DNA of 64,000 nt from Candidatus Poribacteria bacterium (GCA_965261115.1 OZ253447.1:2887625-2951624); one strand, 5' to 3'. Counted from the stretch's first letter, positions 1 through 9,659 are shown. A program made the numbers and translations. The notes: generated from the sequence alone by a model not told the origin.

Positions 1-129
1 ATCCGTTCGGATCTGCCGCCAGTCGAGACTCGGTGGGTCTTGATTTGCGTCTAATGTATCTTCGTTTTGTGCAAACGCCGCACTGACGCTCAGGACCAGC
101 GCGACTGTTATTAATATTTTGGTTATCAT
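1..129 (-). CDS. Partial CDS (N-terminus only) of a secreted protein. Reverse complement reads MITKILITVALVLSVSAAFAQNED..., a signal peptide. The gene continues past the window start.
   Basis: Manual translation of the reverse strand from the ATG at 127-129. Hydrophobic h-region and an AFA-Q cleavage site. Confidence 0.4.
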   Translation of the reverse strand, partial: MITKILITVALVLSVSAAFAQNEDTLDANQDPPSLDWRQIRTD

Positions 130-898
130 ATTTATTTCTTCTTTCAAATAGAATTTACTAAAGTTTGGACGATATTGTAAAGTTTATGCTGCCTTGTCCA
201 AAGGCAGGGGCGTATTGGGTTGAAAATCACGGTTATGCGTAAGTTCTATTATAACACAATTTCACATTAAGACAAAATAATAATAATAATTTCATATTTA
301 GGGGTTTAAAGTCAGATGGGCGAGGGGACCTCGCCCCTACGATATCAGGTGGGTTTTCTTCAGGCGCGGAAGCCACCTTTGGCAAGATATTTACACACCC
401 ATTTCTTGATGGAATTTCGCGGTCAAATTAAATTTTCTTGACACCGTTCTTTAAATGTGTTATACTTAAAGGGTAAACGCAATTTTTTTGAGCATCGCCG
501 TGAAACTTCGTAAAACGGGGTGCGTAATTAACATCTAAATAGATTACCCAAAAAAGCGTTGAAGGGGAGGAGTAAGTCGTCCGGGCTTGCAAGAGATGGA
601 GACTCATCGGCTGAAAGGTCTCCTCAAGTTTCCTCGACTGAAGGTCGCCCTGGAGCTGCTCATCTGAACAATTGTAGGAGCGATCTCCGAATCGCGAATG
701 GTAGGAGCGATCTCCGAATCGCGAGTTGTAGGAGCGATCTCCGAATCGCGAATCGTAGGATGAGTCGGTGTGATGCCCGTTATCGCATCCCAAAGAGTGC
801 TCTTTCTCATTATTGTAGGAGGGCTTTATAAGCCCGATACCTTCAATGAAAATCAGAAAGAGAATTGGAGTGGTACCACGGTAAGGTCAGTATTAGGC

Positions 899-935
899 CC
901 TTCTCGTCTCCATGTTTGGAACGAGAAGGTTTTTT
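899..935 (+). terminator. Intrinsic-terminator-like hairpin (CCTTCTCGT..ACGAGAAGG) followed by TTTTTT, about 55 bp upstream of ilvB. Possible attenuator.
   Basis: 9-bp perfect inverted repeat plus T-run, seen directly. A second hairpin GTAGGGAT-g-ATCCCTAC follows at 952-968. Confidence 0.45.
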
Positions 936-988
936 AATTTTAACGATTCCTGTAGGGATGATCCCTACGACTTATAAGGAAAATTGGC

Positions 989-2665
989 ATGGAACTTTCA
1001 GGAGCACGAATCCTGGTTGATGGTCTCAAACGGGAAGGTGTCGAATATATCTTCGGTGTCAACGGTGGCGCAGCGATGCCGATTTTCGATGCCCTGTACG
1101 GCGAGACCGAAGTTAAATTAATTCCGATGCGGCATGAACAAGGGGCATCCCACGCCGCTGATGGCTATGCACGCGCCACAGGGAAAGTCGGTGTCGCACT
1201 CGCAACCTCCGGTCCCGGCGCAACCAACCTCGTCACTGGTATCGCAACCGCTTATATGGACTCCATTCCGATGGTCGCGATTACTGGACAGGTTTTCACA
1301 CACTATATCGGTAGTGATGCCTTCCAAGAATGCGATGTTATCGGTGTAACACGACCGATCTGTAAGCACAGTTACCTCATTAAAAGCAGTGACGAAATCG
1401 CAGATGTTGTCGCTGAAGCGTTTCATATCGCGAAAACCGGGAAACCGGGTCCTGTTATTATTGACATCGCCAAAGATGCACAGAACAATGAAACACTGTT
1501 TCAGTATCCAGAAACGGTTAACATCCGCAGCTACAAACCACAGGTGCATGGCGATCCTGCACAAATTGCTAAGGCGGCGGCACTGATTAAAGAAGCCAAA
1601 CGCCCTATGCTTTATGCCGGTGGCGGTGTCGTCCTTGCCGATGCCAGCGAGGAACTGCGGCAGCTCACCCTTAATACGCAAATCCCAATTACTGTTACTT
1701 TGATGGGACTCGGCGCGTTCCCTGAAACGCATCCCTTGGCAATGGAGATGCCCGGAATGCACGGCTCCTGTTGCGCAAATTACGCCTTCACCGATTCAGA
1801 TCTTATTATCGCTGTCGGAGCGAGATTTGACGATCGCGTTACAGGCGATCTCAGTAAATTCGCACCTAACGCAAAGAAAATCCATATTGATATTGACGCG
1901 TCTTGTATCGGGAAAAACGTACCTGTTGATGTCCCGATTGTTGGCGATGCGAAGAACGTCCTAACGGAACTCAACAAACAGGTCAGCACAGCCGATATCG
2001 ACCCATGGCGCGACCAAATTCAGGAATGGAAACAGAAGTACCCGTTTGAATACGAGCAGAAATCCGATATAGTCATGCCGCAATTCGTTATTGAGAAAAT
2101 CTACGAGCATTACAGTGATGCCATCGTTGTTGCGGATGTCGGGCAACACCAGATGTGGGCAGCGCAATACTTCAAATTCACTGAACCGCGACAGTGGCTC
2201 AATTCCGGTGGTCTCGGCACGATGGGCTTTAGCCTACCAGCGGCAATCGGGGCACAACTCGGATGTCCAGATAAAACCGTCGTCAATATCAATGGGGACG
2301 GCTCCTATATCATGACAATCCAAGAGTTGGTGCCAGCGGTTACCATGAAGCTGCCCCTTAAAGTCTTCATCATCAACAATATGTATTTGGGGATGGTGCG
2401 TCAATGGCAGGAATTGTTCCATGGCAAACGCTACTCCGCTGTTGATTACCACGACAACCCTGATTTCGCATTACTTGCACAAGCATTCGGTGCCACAGGC
2501 TTGCGGGTCGAACACCCCGAAGATGTCGAACCCGCATTGCTGAAAGCGAAGGGGATTACCGATGGTCCTGTCGTCATTGACTTCATTGTTGATGAAGAAG
2601 AGAACGTATTCCCGATGGTCCCAGCGGGTGCCGGACTTGGAGACGTTATCCGCGGGTTATCTTAA
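989..2665 (+). CDS. ilvB: Acetolactate synthase large subunit (biosynthetic, TPP-dependent).
   Basis: 558 aa. ALS/TPP-enzyme N-terminal signature (GVNGGAAMPIFDAL, ATSGPGATNLVTG) and C-terminal TPP-binding GDGS motif. RBS AAGGAAA 6 nt upstream. ilvN and ilvC follow. Confidence 0.93.
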   Translation: MELSGARILVDGLKREGVEYIFGVNGGAAMPIFDALYGETEVKLIPMRHEQGASHAADGYARATGKVGVALATSGPGATNLVTGIATAYMDSIPMVAITGQVFTHYIGSDAFQECDVIGVTRPICKHSYLIKSSDEIADVVAEAFHIAKTGKPGPVIIDIAKDAQNNETLFQYPETVNIRSYKPQVHGDPAQIAKAAALIKEAKRPMLYAGGGVVLADASEELRQLTLNTQIPITVTLMGLGAFPETHPLAMEMPGMHGSCCANYAFTDSDLIIAVGARFDDRVTGDLSKFAPNAKKIHIDIDASCIGKNVPVDVPIVGDAKNVLTELNKQVSTADIDPWRDQIQEWKQKYPFEYEQKSDIVMPQFVIEKIYEHYSDAIVVADVGQHQMWAAQYFKFTEPRQWLNSGGLGTMGFSLPAAIGAQLGCPDKTVVNINGDGSYIMTIQELVPAVTMKLPLKVFIINNMYLGMVRQWQELFHGKRYSAVDYHDNPDFALLAQAFGATGLRVEHPEDVEPALLKAKGITDGPVVIDFIVDEEENVFPMVPAGAGLGDVIRGLS

Positions 2666-2680
2666 CGATTTTTTAACTAT

Positions 2681-2825
2681 TAGGACTTACGCAGCCCCTT
2701 CGCAGGCGGGGTTTAAAACCCTGCCTGCGAAAACGTAGTCCGTAATGGAATGGAGGGGTTTTGCTTGGGGTCTTTGATAGGGGTCTTTGATAGGGTATTT
2801 CTGCGTATTTCTGCGTATTTTTTCA
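2681..2825. repeat. Family-A MITE-like dispersed repeat (copy 1). Terminal AGGACTTACGCA, palindromic core GCAGGCGGGGTTTAAAACCCTGCCTGC, tail TTTTGCTTGGGG/TTCTGCGTATTTCTGCGTATTT.
   Basis: Shares sequence blocks with repeats at 14908, 23062, 24862, 44631, 51643 and 55836. Confidence 0.7.
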
Positions 2826-2890
2826 GATATACGGAAAGGCACGTTGATAGCCCAAATCTTCCTGACCGAACCGCAAGGTAAAATTAAAAA

Positions 2891-3391
2891 ATGAACCCAG
2901 AAGAACGACATATCTTTTCCGTTTTAGTCGAAAACCGATTCGGAGTCCTCGCACGCGTTGCAGGACTTTTTAGCGGGCGCGGCTTTAATATTGACAGTCT
3001 CAACGTCGCTGAGACACACGACAAAAGCATCTCGCATATCACCCTTGTCACACACGGGGACGCGCAGATTATTGACCAGATCTACCAGCACCTAAACAGA
3101 CTCATTGACGTTATTGAGGTCACAGATCTCTCCACTGCTGGAACGCATGTTGAGCGTGAACTTGTCCTTATCAAGGTTGCTACCGACGATCCTCAAAAAC
3201 GCACCGAGATTTTACAAGTCGCAGAAGTCTTCCGGGGGCGGGTTATAGATATGAAGCCTGCCTCACTTGTCCTTGAAGTTACAGGGGATGAGGGTAAATT
3301 GAAAGCCGCGATTGATGTTTTCAATACCTACGGTATCCTTGAGTTAGCACGCACCGGCAAAATAGCGATGCTACGTGGATCTGAAAAATAA
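2891..3391 (+). CDS. ilvN: Acetolactate synthase small (regulatory) subunit, ACT domain.
   Basis: 166 aa. Typical IlvH/IlvN N-terminus (HIFSVLVENRFGVLARVAGLFSGRGFNIDSL). Directly downstream of ilvB. Confidence 0.9.
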   Translation: MNPEERHIFSVLVENRFGVLARVAGLFSGRGFNIDSLNVAETHDKSISHITLVTHGDAQIIDQIYQHLNRLIDVIEVTDLSTAGTHVERELVLIKVATDDPQKRTEILQVAEVFRGRVIDMKPASLVLEVTGDEGKLKAAIDVFNTYGILELARTGKIAMLRGSEK

Positions 3392-3398
3392 TCTTTTA

Positions 3399-3627
3399 AC
3401 GATCCGCAAGGAAATGTAAAAGTAAGCCCAAGCATCGCGCCGGGCTGGATATACGGAGAAAACCGTTTTTCCATACAGGGGACCCTGAGCGATCCGCAAG
3501 GAAATATAAAAAAACGATCCGCAAGGAAATATAAAAGTAAGCCCAAGCATCGCGCCGGGCTGGATATACGGAGAAAACCGTTTTTTTATACAGGGCTCCT
3601 GAACGATCCGCAAGGAAATATAAAAAT
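3399..3627. repeat. Tandem duplication in the ilvN-ilvC intergenic region. Two copies of a unit of about 103 bp plus 4 copies of CGATCCGCAAGGAAATATAAAA, the last being the ilvC RBS region.
   Basis: Direct repeats read from the sequence (3399-3420, 3490-3512, 3513-3534, 3603-3627). Confidence 0.7.
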
Positions 3628-4620
3628 ATGGCAACGATTTATTACGAGAGTGATGCTAATTTTGACCTACTGAAAGAGCGCACCGTCGCCGTCGTCGGTT
3701 ATGGCGCGCAAGGACGCGCACAGTCGCTAAACCTTAAGGACAGCGGTGCAAACGTAATCGTCGCATTATACGAGGGCAGCCGTTCAAAAGCCCGTGCAGA
3801 AGCGGAAGGCTTGACCGTCAAGAACGTCGAAGAAGCCGCAGCGATGGCAGACATCGTCCAAGTTCTCATACCTGACGAACGCCACGCAGCCGTCTATCGC
3901 GACCAGATTGCCCCAAATATGGAAGCAGGCAATATGCTCCTCGTCTCACACGGGTTCAGCGTACATTTTGGACAGATTGTGCCTGCTGGTGATATTGATG
4001 TCGCAATGATTGCACCGAAGGGACCCGGTTCCCTCGTCCGCGAGGTGTTTGAAGGCGGTGGCGGTGTACCGTGTCTCATCGCTATCCACCAAGATACCAC
4101 AGGCCTCGCTCGCGATGTCGCACTCGCTTATGCGAAAGGCATCGGCGGCACACGTGCCGGAGTCATCGAAACCACATTCCGTGAGGAAACCGAAACCGAT
4201 CTCTTCGGTGAGCAAGCCGTGTTGTGTGGCGGAACCGCTGCACTCATCAAAGCCGCCTTTGATACGCTCGTCGAAGCCGGTTATCAACCAGAGATGGCTT
4301 ATTTTGAGTGCCTTCACGAATTGAAATTGATTGTTGACCTCATCTATACCGGTGGATTGAGCAAAATGCGGAACGATGTTAGCAACACCGCTGAATACGG
4401 CGATTTAACGCGCGGTCCTCAACTCATTGACGACAGTGTCCGAGACAAGATGCGCCAAATCTTGAAAGACGTTCAAGGCGGTGTCTTCGCACGAGAGTGG
4501 GTCCTTGAAAATGAGGCGAATCAACCCGTCCTCGGCGCACTTCGGCGACAGGAAGCAGAACTCGAAATCGAAGAAGTCGGCAAAAATCTCCGCAGCATGA
4601 TGAGTTGGCTGGACGAATAG
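3628..4620 (+). CDS. ilvC: Ketol-acid reductoisomerase (class I, NADP).
   Basis: 330 aa. N-terminal Rossmann [21 protein letters not shown] and conserved KARI C-terminal domain. Confidence 0.93.
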   Translation: MATIYYESDANFDLLKERTVAVVGYGAQGRAQSLNLKDSGANVIVALYEGSRSKARAEAEGLTVKNVEEAAAMADIVQVLIPDERHAAVYRDQIAPNMEAGNMLLVSHGFSVHFGQIVPAGDIDVAMIAPKGPGSLVREVFEGGGGVPCLIAIHQDTTGLARDVALAYAKGIGGTRAGVIETTFREETETDLFGEQAVLCGGTAALIKAAFDTLVEAGYQPEMAYFECLHELKLIVDLIYTGGLSKMRNDVSNTAEYGDLTRGPQLIDDSVRDKMRQILKDVQGGVFAREWVLENEANQPVLGALRRQEAELEIEEVGKNLRSMMSWLDE

Positions 4621-4670
4621 AGAATCTCTTCCTCCGTAAGGTAGGTGGAGTTTTCAACCGCATCGATTAT

Positions 4671-5105
4671 ATGGATTCATCTGACAAGACGAATACTTTC
4701 TTAATCCGGGAGTGCCGTCCTGAGGAGGCAGAAGCACTTCTGACCTTGTGGCGGGCTGCTGGAACATCTCCGAGTGTCACAGATACGATCGCCGACATCC
4801 GAAGGATAATAGAAAGTCCCGCATTCGTGCTGATTGCTGAGGCGGATCAACGCATCCTTGGTTCCTTAATCGCCACTTTTGATGGATGGCGCGGGAACAT
4901 GTATCGGATCGCAGTTCACCCTGATTACCGACGGCGTGGCATTGGACGCGCCTTAGTCAAAGAAGGTGAAAGGTGTTTGGTGAAACAGGGAGCTAAACGC
5001 ATCACGGCACTCGTGGAAGAGAAGTATCCGTGGGCTATGGCGTTCTGGTCGAGTGTCGGTTATGAAATAGAGCCTGGAATATTAAGATTTTTCCGAAATC
5101 CATAG
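4671..5105 (+). CDS. GNAT family N-acetyltransferase.
   Basis: Acetyl-CoA binding motif RRRGIGRAL. The listed ORF begins at a TTG at 4605 overlapping ilvC. The ATG at 4671 is the more likely start. Confidence 0.75.
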   Translation: MDSSDKTNTFLIRECRPEEAEALLTLWRAAGTSPSVTDTIADIRRIIESPAFVLIAEADQRILGSLIATFDGWRGNMYRIAVHPDYRRRGIGRALVKEGERCLVKQGAKRITALVEEKYPWAMAFWSSVGYEIEPGILRFFRNP

Positions 5106-5137
5106 GCAGTGTGTGCCAGTATATGAGGAGGTTAGCC

Positions 5138-6262
5138 GTGAAATTCAGAGGACATCTACTTGACGATACCGTCAAAAGTGCTTACGGATTGGGGGTTGCT
5201 GATATAAACGGTGATGGCCAACTCGACATCATCGCAGGCTCCATAGGCGAACCCATCATCGCTTGGTACGAAGCACCTCACTGGAAAAGACACCCCGTAA
5301 CCGATCAGGACGGCGGGCACATTACCATTGCCCCTTATGATCTGACCGGCAATGGTACGCCTGATCTCATCGTCGGGAGCGGTTTTAACCGTGGTGTAAA
5401 CGCTGCTGGTGGTTATCTCCACTGGCTTGAAGCACCAACACAAGACGGACAGAACTGGAAAAGCCACCACATCGCTGACGTTCCCTTTATCCACCGCATT
5501 GCACTCGCAAATTTGTCGGAAAGCGGATCAAGCGCAGTGCCTTTCCTCATCGTCGCCTCCATCCGCGGTGAAGATGGCAAACCCGGCGAATGGCACAGTC
5601 CAGGCTCCCTCTGGTGCTATGAACTATCAGATACCCCGCGAGACACAACCTCTTGGCAATCTCACCTCCTTGACGACTCCCTCCACATCAACCACGGTTT
5701 GAGCATCAACGATGTTGACCAAGATGGACGCGATGACGTGCTGATTAGCTGCACTGAAGGCTTGATCTGGTACGAAGCTCCTGTTAACCCAATGACAGAC
5801 GACTGGGGCAAATGGATTATCAGTGATCGCGAGTGTAGCGATACCTATGCCGCAGACATTGATGGCGACGGAGTCAACGAAATCTTAGCGATTGAACCGT
5901 GGCACGGGAACAATCTCGTCTGGTATAAAGCTACTGGCGATCTACGAACCGATCCCTGGGAGCGTCACCTCATTGATGACACACTCAACCGTGGACACTC
6001 ACTCGCCGCCGTTGACGTTGATGGCGACGGTGTGTTAGAGGTGATCTGTGGCTACAACGGCGAAGGCACAAGCCTCCACCTCTACCGTCCAGAGAATCTC
6101 GCACAAAACCGCTGGAGCAAAGAGACGATCGACAACGGCACCTTAGGCGTTGGACAGATGCACGTCTTGGACATGAACGGAAACGGTAGATTGGACATCG
6201 TCGCCAGCGGTCTCAGCACCGGCAATGTGAAATGGTATGAAAACCAGCCTGGTAAGAACTAA
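5138..6262 (+). CDS. FG-GAP/VCBS repeat beta-propeller protein.
   Basis: At least five repeats of DxDGDGxxD(I/V) type (DINGDGQLDII, DVDQDGRDDVLI, DIDGDGVNEIL, DVDGDGVLEVI, DMNGNGRLDIV). Start proposed at GTG 5138, preceded by GAGGAGG. The listed ORF starts at GTG 5111. Confidence 0.7.
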   Translation: MKFRGHLLDDTVKSAYGLGVADINGDGQLDIIAGSIGEPIIAWYEAPHWKRHPVTDQDGGHITIAPYDLTGNGTPDLIVGSGFNRGVNAAGGYLHWLEAPTQDGQNWKSHHIADVPFIHRIALANLSESGSSAVPFLIVASIRGEDGKPGEWHSPGSLWCYELSDTPRDTTSWQSHLLDDSLHINHGLSINDVDQDGRDDVLISCTEGLIWYEAPVNPMTDDWGKWIISDRECSDTYAADIDGDGVNEILAIEPWHGNNLVWYKATGDLRTDPWERHLIDDTLNRGHSLAAVDVDGDGVLEVICGYNGEGTSLHLYRPENLAQNRWSKETIDNGTLGVGQMHVLDMNGNGRLDIVASGLSTGNVKWYENQPGKN

Positions 6263-6603
6263 GGGTGTTCGGATTCTAGCGCAGCTGCAAGCGTATCAGT
6301 TACCCATTGATTAAGATTCTTACCGCTGGCTTCGGCTGCCATGGCAATACTTGTGTGTATTTCAGGCGAAATGTTCAGTATCAAATTACCAGAATAAGGT
6401 TTCTGCGGTGGCCTCCCTGATTCTTCACACATTTCAAGGTAATCTTCAACCGCTTCTTCAAAAGCGGCTTGCAATTCGGCAACGGAGTCGCCATGAAAAC
6501 CGACGATATCCCTGATTCCGGCAATCTCTCCGATAAAGCAACCGTCTTCAGTGCTATATTCAATCCGGGCTGTATAGCCTTTGTATATCATTACATTCAT
6601 GGT
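6259..6603 (-). CDS. hicB: Type II toxin-antitoxin HicB-family antitoxin (HicB_lk type with C-terminal RHH), orphan (no hicA seen).
   Basis: YKGYTARIEYSTEDGCFIGEIAGIRDIVGFHGDSVAEL...YLEMCEE...NLNQWV matches the HicB antitoxin family pattern. Start ATG 6603 preceded by GGAGGAGG. The longer listed ORF is an in-frame upstream extension. Confidence 0.75.
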   Translation of the reverse strand, partial: TMNVMIYKGYTARIEYSTEDGCFIGEIAGIRDIVGFHGDSVAELQAAFEEAVEDYLEMCEESGRPPQKPYSGNLILNISPEIHTSIAMAAEASGKNLNQWVTDTLAAALESEHP

Positions 6604-6696
6604 ATTATTCCTACCTCCTCCAGAAAACGTCTTCGTAAGAAAATAATTTTCCATCTCCGCCATTGATACATCTGGAAATCAATCCTGCCAGCACAG

Positions 6697-7833
6697 TTAC
6701 CTATCCTCAATTGCCTCAACATTCGCGCGGGGCAGCGTCGTCTGTTCACCGTCCGCAAGTTCGACCCGTAACACCCGGACCTGCGCCTCTGTCTCCAAGT
6801 TTTGAAGTTCCACCGGCAGCTCCGTGACGCGTCCCAATTGTCCGAAATACGGCTCCCGAATAATCCGTACTAAGCTGCCAACTTCCAAAACACCGTCCAA
6901 CTTGTCATCCTTCCCCTCTTCCGCTGTTTCTATAGGGTCCGAGACCAACGGAATAACAATCTCTGGACGGACAACGCCTGCACGAATCTGTGTCGCACCG
7001 TTGATGGAAGTCTTCAGACCTTCTCGCGCTTTCAGGAGTGTGAATGTCTGATCCGCCATCGCGATACTTCCGAACCCTTCTGTAATAACAAGTGTGATCC
7101 CAATCTCCTCGGAACCGGTAATAGCGACACCAAGTTCATAGCCGAGCAGTTCTCGCAGGTCCGCGTCATCAATACCACCAGCAATGATACCCTTCACACC
7201 GTGCTCGATGGCTTGCTGAATCGCCGCCGTTGTGACCAACGAACCACCAACCAGAATGTTCTCTTTATGTTCTGACAGTATCTGTTCAGCGGTCAATGCA
7301 TCGCTCGACGATTCCGCAACAACGGTTAAATTTCCCACCGTTTCACCACCGATCCCGAAAATACCTTGGATATAGGTGCCGTAAGTCTCCACCGTGACAC
7401 CTTCATTTGGAACGGTCTCCGTTACTGTGCCATCTGTATAAGCTTTGACTTCAACAGGAATAGGCGGCTCGCGAAGGATAACCTGTCCGGTAACATCGGA
7501 AACCGATTCAATTGTACCATCAATCGGTGAACGCGCTTGCGATTTGAAAAGCCCGAAAAGCCCTTTTGTCGTAGCGATAATCTCGTCTTCTGAAACAACC
7601 TCGCCTACAGATTTGAGCATGTATTCCGCAATCTCTTCCGGTGGGACACTGAGTAGGTTCGCAACATTCACCAATTGAACGTTGCCCGGCAGATCCGCCT
7701 TCGCGACGACATCCTCTGCCTTAACTGTTACACCGGCTTGCACAAGGACCTCGCCTGTGAGTGGGAGCCGGCGTTCTTTTTCAATTGTCATCCCCTCGGT
7801 CACCTTAAGACCGGGGGTATATGCATGCACCAT
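6697..7833 (-). CDS. Hypothetical protein with a C-terminal KOW-like motif (GSLVRIIREPYFGQLGRV). No confident family assignment.
   Basis: 378-aa ORF with compositionally normal protein. Biotinyl/lipoyl-like N-terminal hairpin pattern. Not assignable without an HMM search. Confidence 0.5.
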   Translation of the reverse strand: MVHAYTPGLKVTEGMTIEKERRLPLTGEVLVQAGVTVKAEDVVAKADLPGNVQLVNVANLLSVPPEEIAEYMLKSVGEVVSEDEIIATTKGLFGLFKSQARSPIDGTIESVSDVTGQVILREPPIPVEVKAYTDGTVTETVPNEGVTVETYGTYIQGIFGIGGETVGNLTVVAESSSDALTAEQILSEHKENILVGGSLVTTAAIQQAIEHGVKGIIAGGIDDADLRELLGYELGVAITGSEEIGITLVITEGFGSIAMADQTFTLLKAREGLKTSINGATQIRAGVVRPEIVIPLVSDPIETAEEGKDDKLDGVLEVGSLVRIIREPYFGQLGRVTELPVELQNLETEAQVRVLRVELADGEQTTLPRANVEAIEDR

Positions 7834-8059
7834 TAAAAAGCCTCAATTTCAAGATATAATCTGCAATATAATTTTTACGTTATAAGTTTTCAATCTTCGG
7901 TCTTCAGTTACAAGAGGTTATCGGTAAATGAACACGCTCTTAATTGGTAACTGACAACTGATGACTGATAACTGCTCTAACTGAATATATAATATATTAT
8001 ACCATTTTCGTTGTGTTTGTGGTAGAATGAAATCAGAATTTAGATGAGGTGAGACAACA

Positions 8060-8908
8060 ATGGCAACGCAAAGCGTCAATTACAAAACCGACAAAATCAT
8101 GCCCACATGGACACAACTCGCTGAAATGGGACGTGAACTCCAATTCCACCCAAGCACCACTACCCATCCGAAGGTACTCACCCACGAACAAGTGGCTGAT
8201 TTCAACCAGGTCGGCTATATCAAAGGCATCTCAATCTTCAATGAAACCGAGATCGGTGAACACCGCCAATATTTTGACACGCTATTGGCGAACGTCCTCT
8301 CAGAAGGCGGAAGTAGTTACTCAATTATCTCCGCGCACATGAAATATGGGAAGGTCTATGACCTCCTCACGCATCCAAAGATTGTCGCCTGTGTGAAGGA
8401 TTTGGTTGGTGAAGACGTTATCGGCTGGGGCGCGCACTACTTCTGCAAAATGCCGCACGATCCAAAGAACGTCGGTTGGCATCAAGATGCCGGTTATTGG
8501 CCCCTCACACCCTCCAAAACCGTTACCGTCTGGCTCGCAATTGACGATGCCACTGTTGAAAATGGTGCGATGCGATTTATCGCAGGTTCGCATCACCTCG
8601 GACACTTAACGGCACGGAGCAGTGAACCCGACGAAAACAGCGTCCTGGGTCAAATCGTTGAAAACGCAGAAGAGCACGGTGAACCGGTGGATGTTGAACT
8701 CAAAGCAGGTGAAATCTCTATTCATACCGATCTGCTTTTACACGGTTCAAACGCCAATCCTTCACCAAAGCGACGATGCGGTCTCACGCTCCGCTACTGC
8801 ACCTCCGATGTCCGGGCATCTTTTCGCTGGGATAAGGAAGGTGTTGTCGTAAGTGGAAAAGACAGAAACGGACACTGGGGCAACCCACCACGACCTGCCG
8901 TCGATTAA
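8060..8908 (+). CDS. Phytanoyl-CoA dioxygenase (PhyH) family Fe(II)/2-oxoglutarate oxygenase.
   Basis: GWHQDAGYWPL ... MRFIAGSHHLGHL (HxD...H facial triad). RBS GAGGTGA upstream. Confidence 0.8.
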   Translation: MATQSVNYKTDKIMPTWTQLAEMGRELQFHPSTTTHPKVLTHEQVADFNQVGYIKGISIFNETEIGEHRQYFDTLLANVLSEGGSSYSIISAHMKYGKVYDLLTHPKIVACVKDLVGEDVIGWGAHYFCKMPHDPKNVGWHQDAGYWPLTPSKTVTVWLAIDDATVENGAMRFIAGSHHLGHLTARSSEPDENSVLGQIVENAEEHGEPVDVELKAGEISIHTDLLLHGSNANPSPKRRCGLTLRYCTSDVRASFRWDKEGVVVSGKDRNGHWGNPPRPAVD

Positions 8909-8936
8909 CCCAACAGACGCGAAGTCTCAAATCATG

Positions 8937-9659
8937 TTAGGTGATAATCTCTAAGAGTTCCGATAAAGTACGGATTTGAAGGTCGGGATGAAATGTAAAC
9001 CCTTCTGGAAGTGGGTCGTCGTCCTTATTAAACCAGATTATTGGCATAGGTACCTTCTTAGCACAGAGAACATCGAATGGATGGTCTCCTATATATACTG
9101 CTTTTTCAGGGTTAACTTGTGCTCTCTCTAAAGCCAGATGGAGTATTCTGGGATCCGGCTTTGAAATACCAACTTCTTCGGAAGCAATTATAAAATCGAA
9201 ATAGTCAGCAATTCCTTCCTTTTTACAAAGATCCGGCAGTATCTTAGGAAAATTGGAGACGATGCCAAGAGGCATTCCTTTTGCTTGAAGTCCATTTAAG
9301 ACCGTATGCGTTTCTGGAGATGTCCTCCAGTTTTGCGACGGTCCTTGAACATCCCGAAGCCTCTTGACTAAATCATCCAGATCTACTTTCCGATCTTTTA
9401 AAGCCGTTTCAAGCACAACGTATTCCCATTTCATGTCAAATTCTTCATCAGACATTCTCGGCGCGCCTTGCTGTTCTCGCATTATAGTTTGGGCAACCCA
9501 CAACTCACCCGCCTTACAACCCCGCTTAAGATCTTCCAATTCAACATCTATAGCAAGTTGCTGACACCTTGCGAGAAGGACTTCCTCCGAGGGCGGCGTT
9601 AGAAATAGTAGCGTCTGTCCAACGTCAAAAATAACGAATCTGATTTGGGTTACGTCCAT
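8937..9659 (-). CDS. HAD-IA family hydrolase.
   Basis: Motif I FDVGQTL, motif III K (ISKPDP), motif IV GDHPFD. Start taken at MDVTQIRFVIFDVG. Confidence 0.8.
   Translation of the reverse strand: MDVTQIRFVIFDVGQTLLFLTPPSEEVLLARCQQLAIDVELEDLKRGCKAGELWVAQTIMREQQGAPRMSDEEFDMKWEYVVLETALKDRKVDLDDLVKRLRDVQGPSQNWRTSPETHTVLNGLQAKGMPLGIVSNFPKILPDLCKKEGIADYFDFIIASEEVGISKPDPRILHLALERAQVNPEKAVYIGDHPFDVLCAKKVPMPIIWFNKDDDPLPEGFTFHPDLQIRTLSELLEIIT

Noticed and set aside
559-831. ORFs reading through the 30-bp tandem repeats upstream of ilvB as a possible ilv leader peptide.
   Set aside because: No frame yields a Val/Leu/Ile-rich peptide. The repetitive peptides (SDLRIA x3 etc.) are repeat artefacts.
1118-1762. 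214-aa antisense ORF inside ilvB, and similar long antisense ORFs inside the paralogs (38591-39274, 41152-41703, 43047-43385) and inside the sigma-fusion.
   Set aside because: Fully embedded in well-supported genes on the opposite strand. No independent start signals.
3328-3634. Minus-strand ORFs of 72 and 87 aa in the ilvN-ilvC spacer.
   Set aside because: They lie entirely within a tandem duplication and translate to repeated FPCGS...ISLRI peptides, which are repeat artefacts.
6604-6696. Search for a hicA toxin gene upstream of hicB.
   Set aside because: The only in-frame sequence is the N-terminal extension of the hicB ORF itself (MAEMENYFLTKTFSGGGRNNT). No HicA-like residues or separate RBS.
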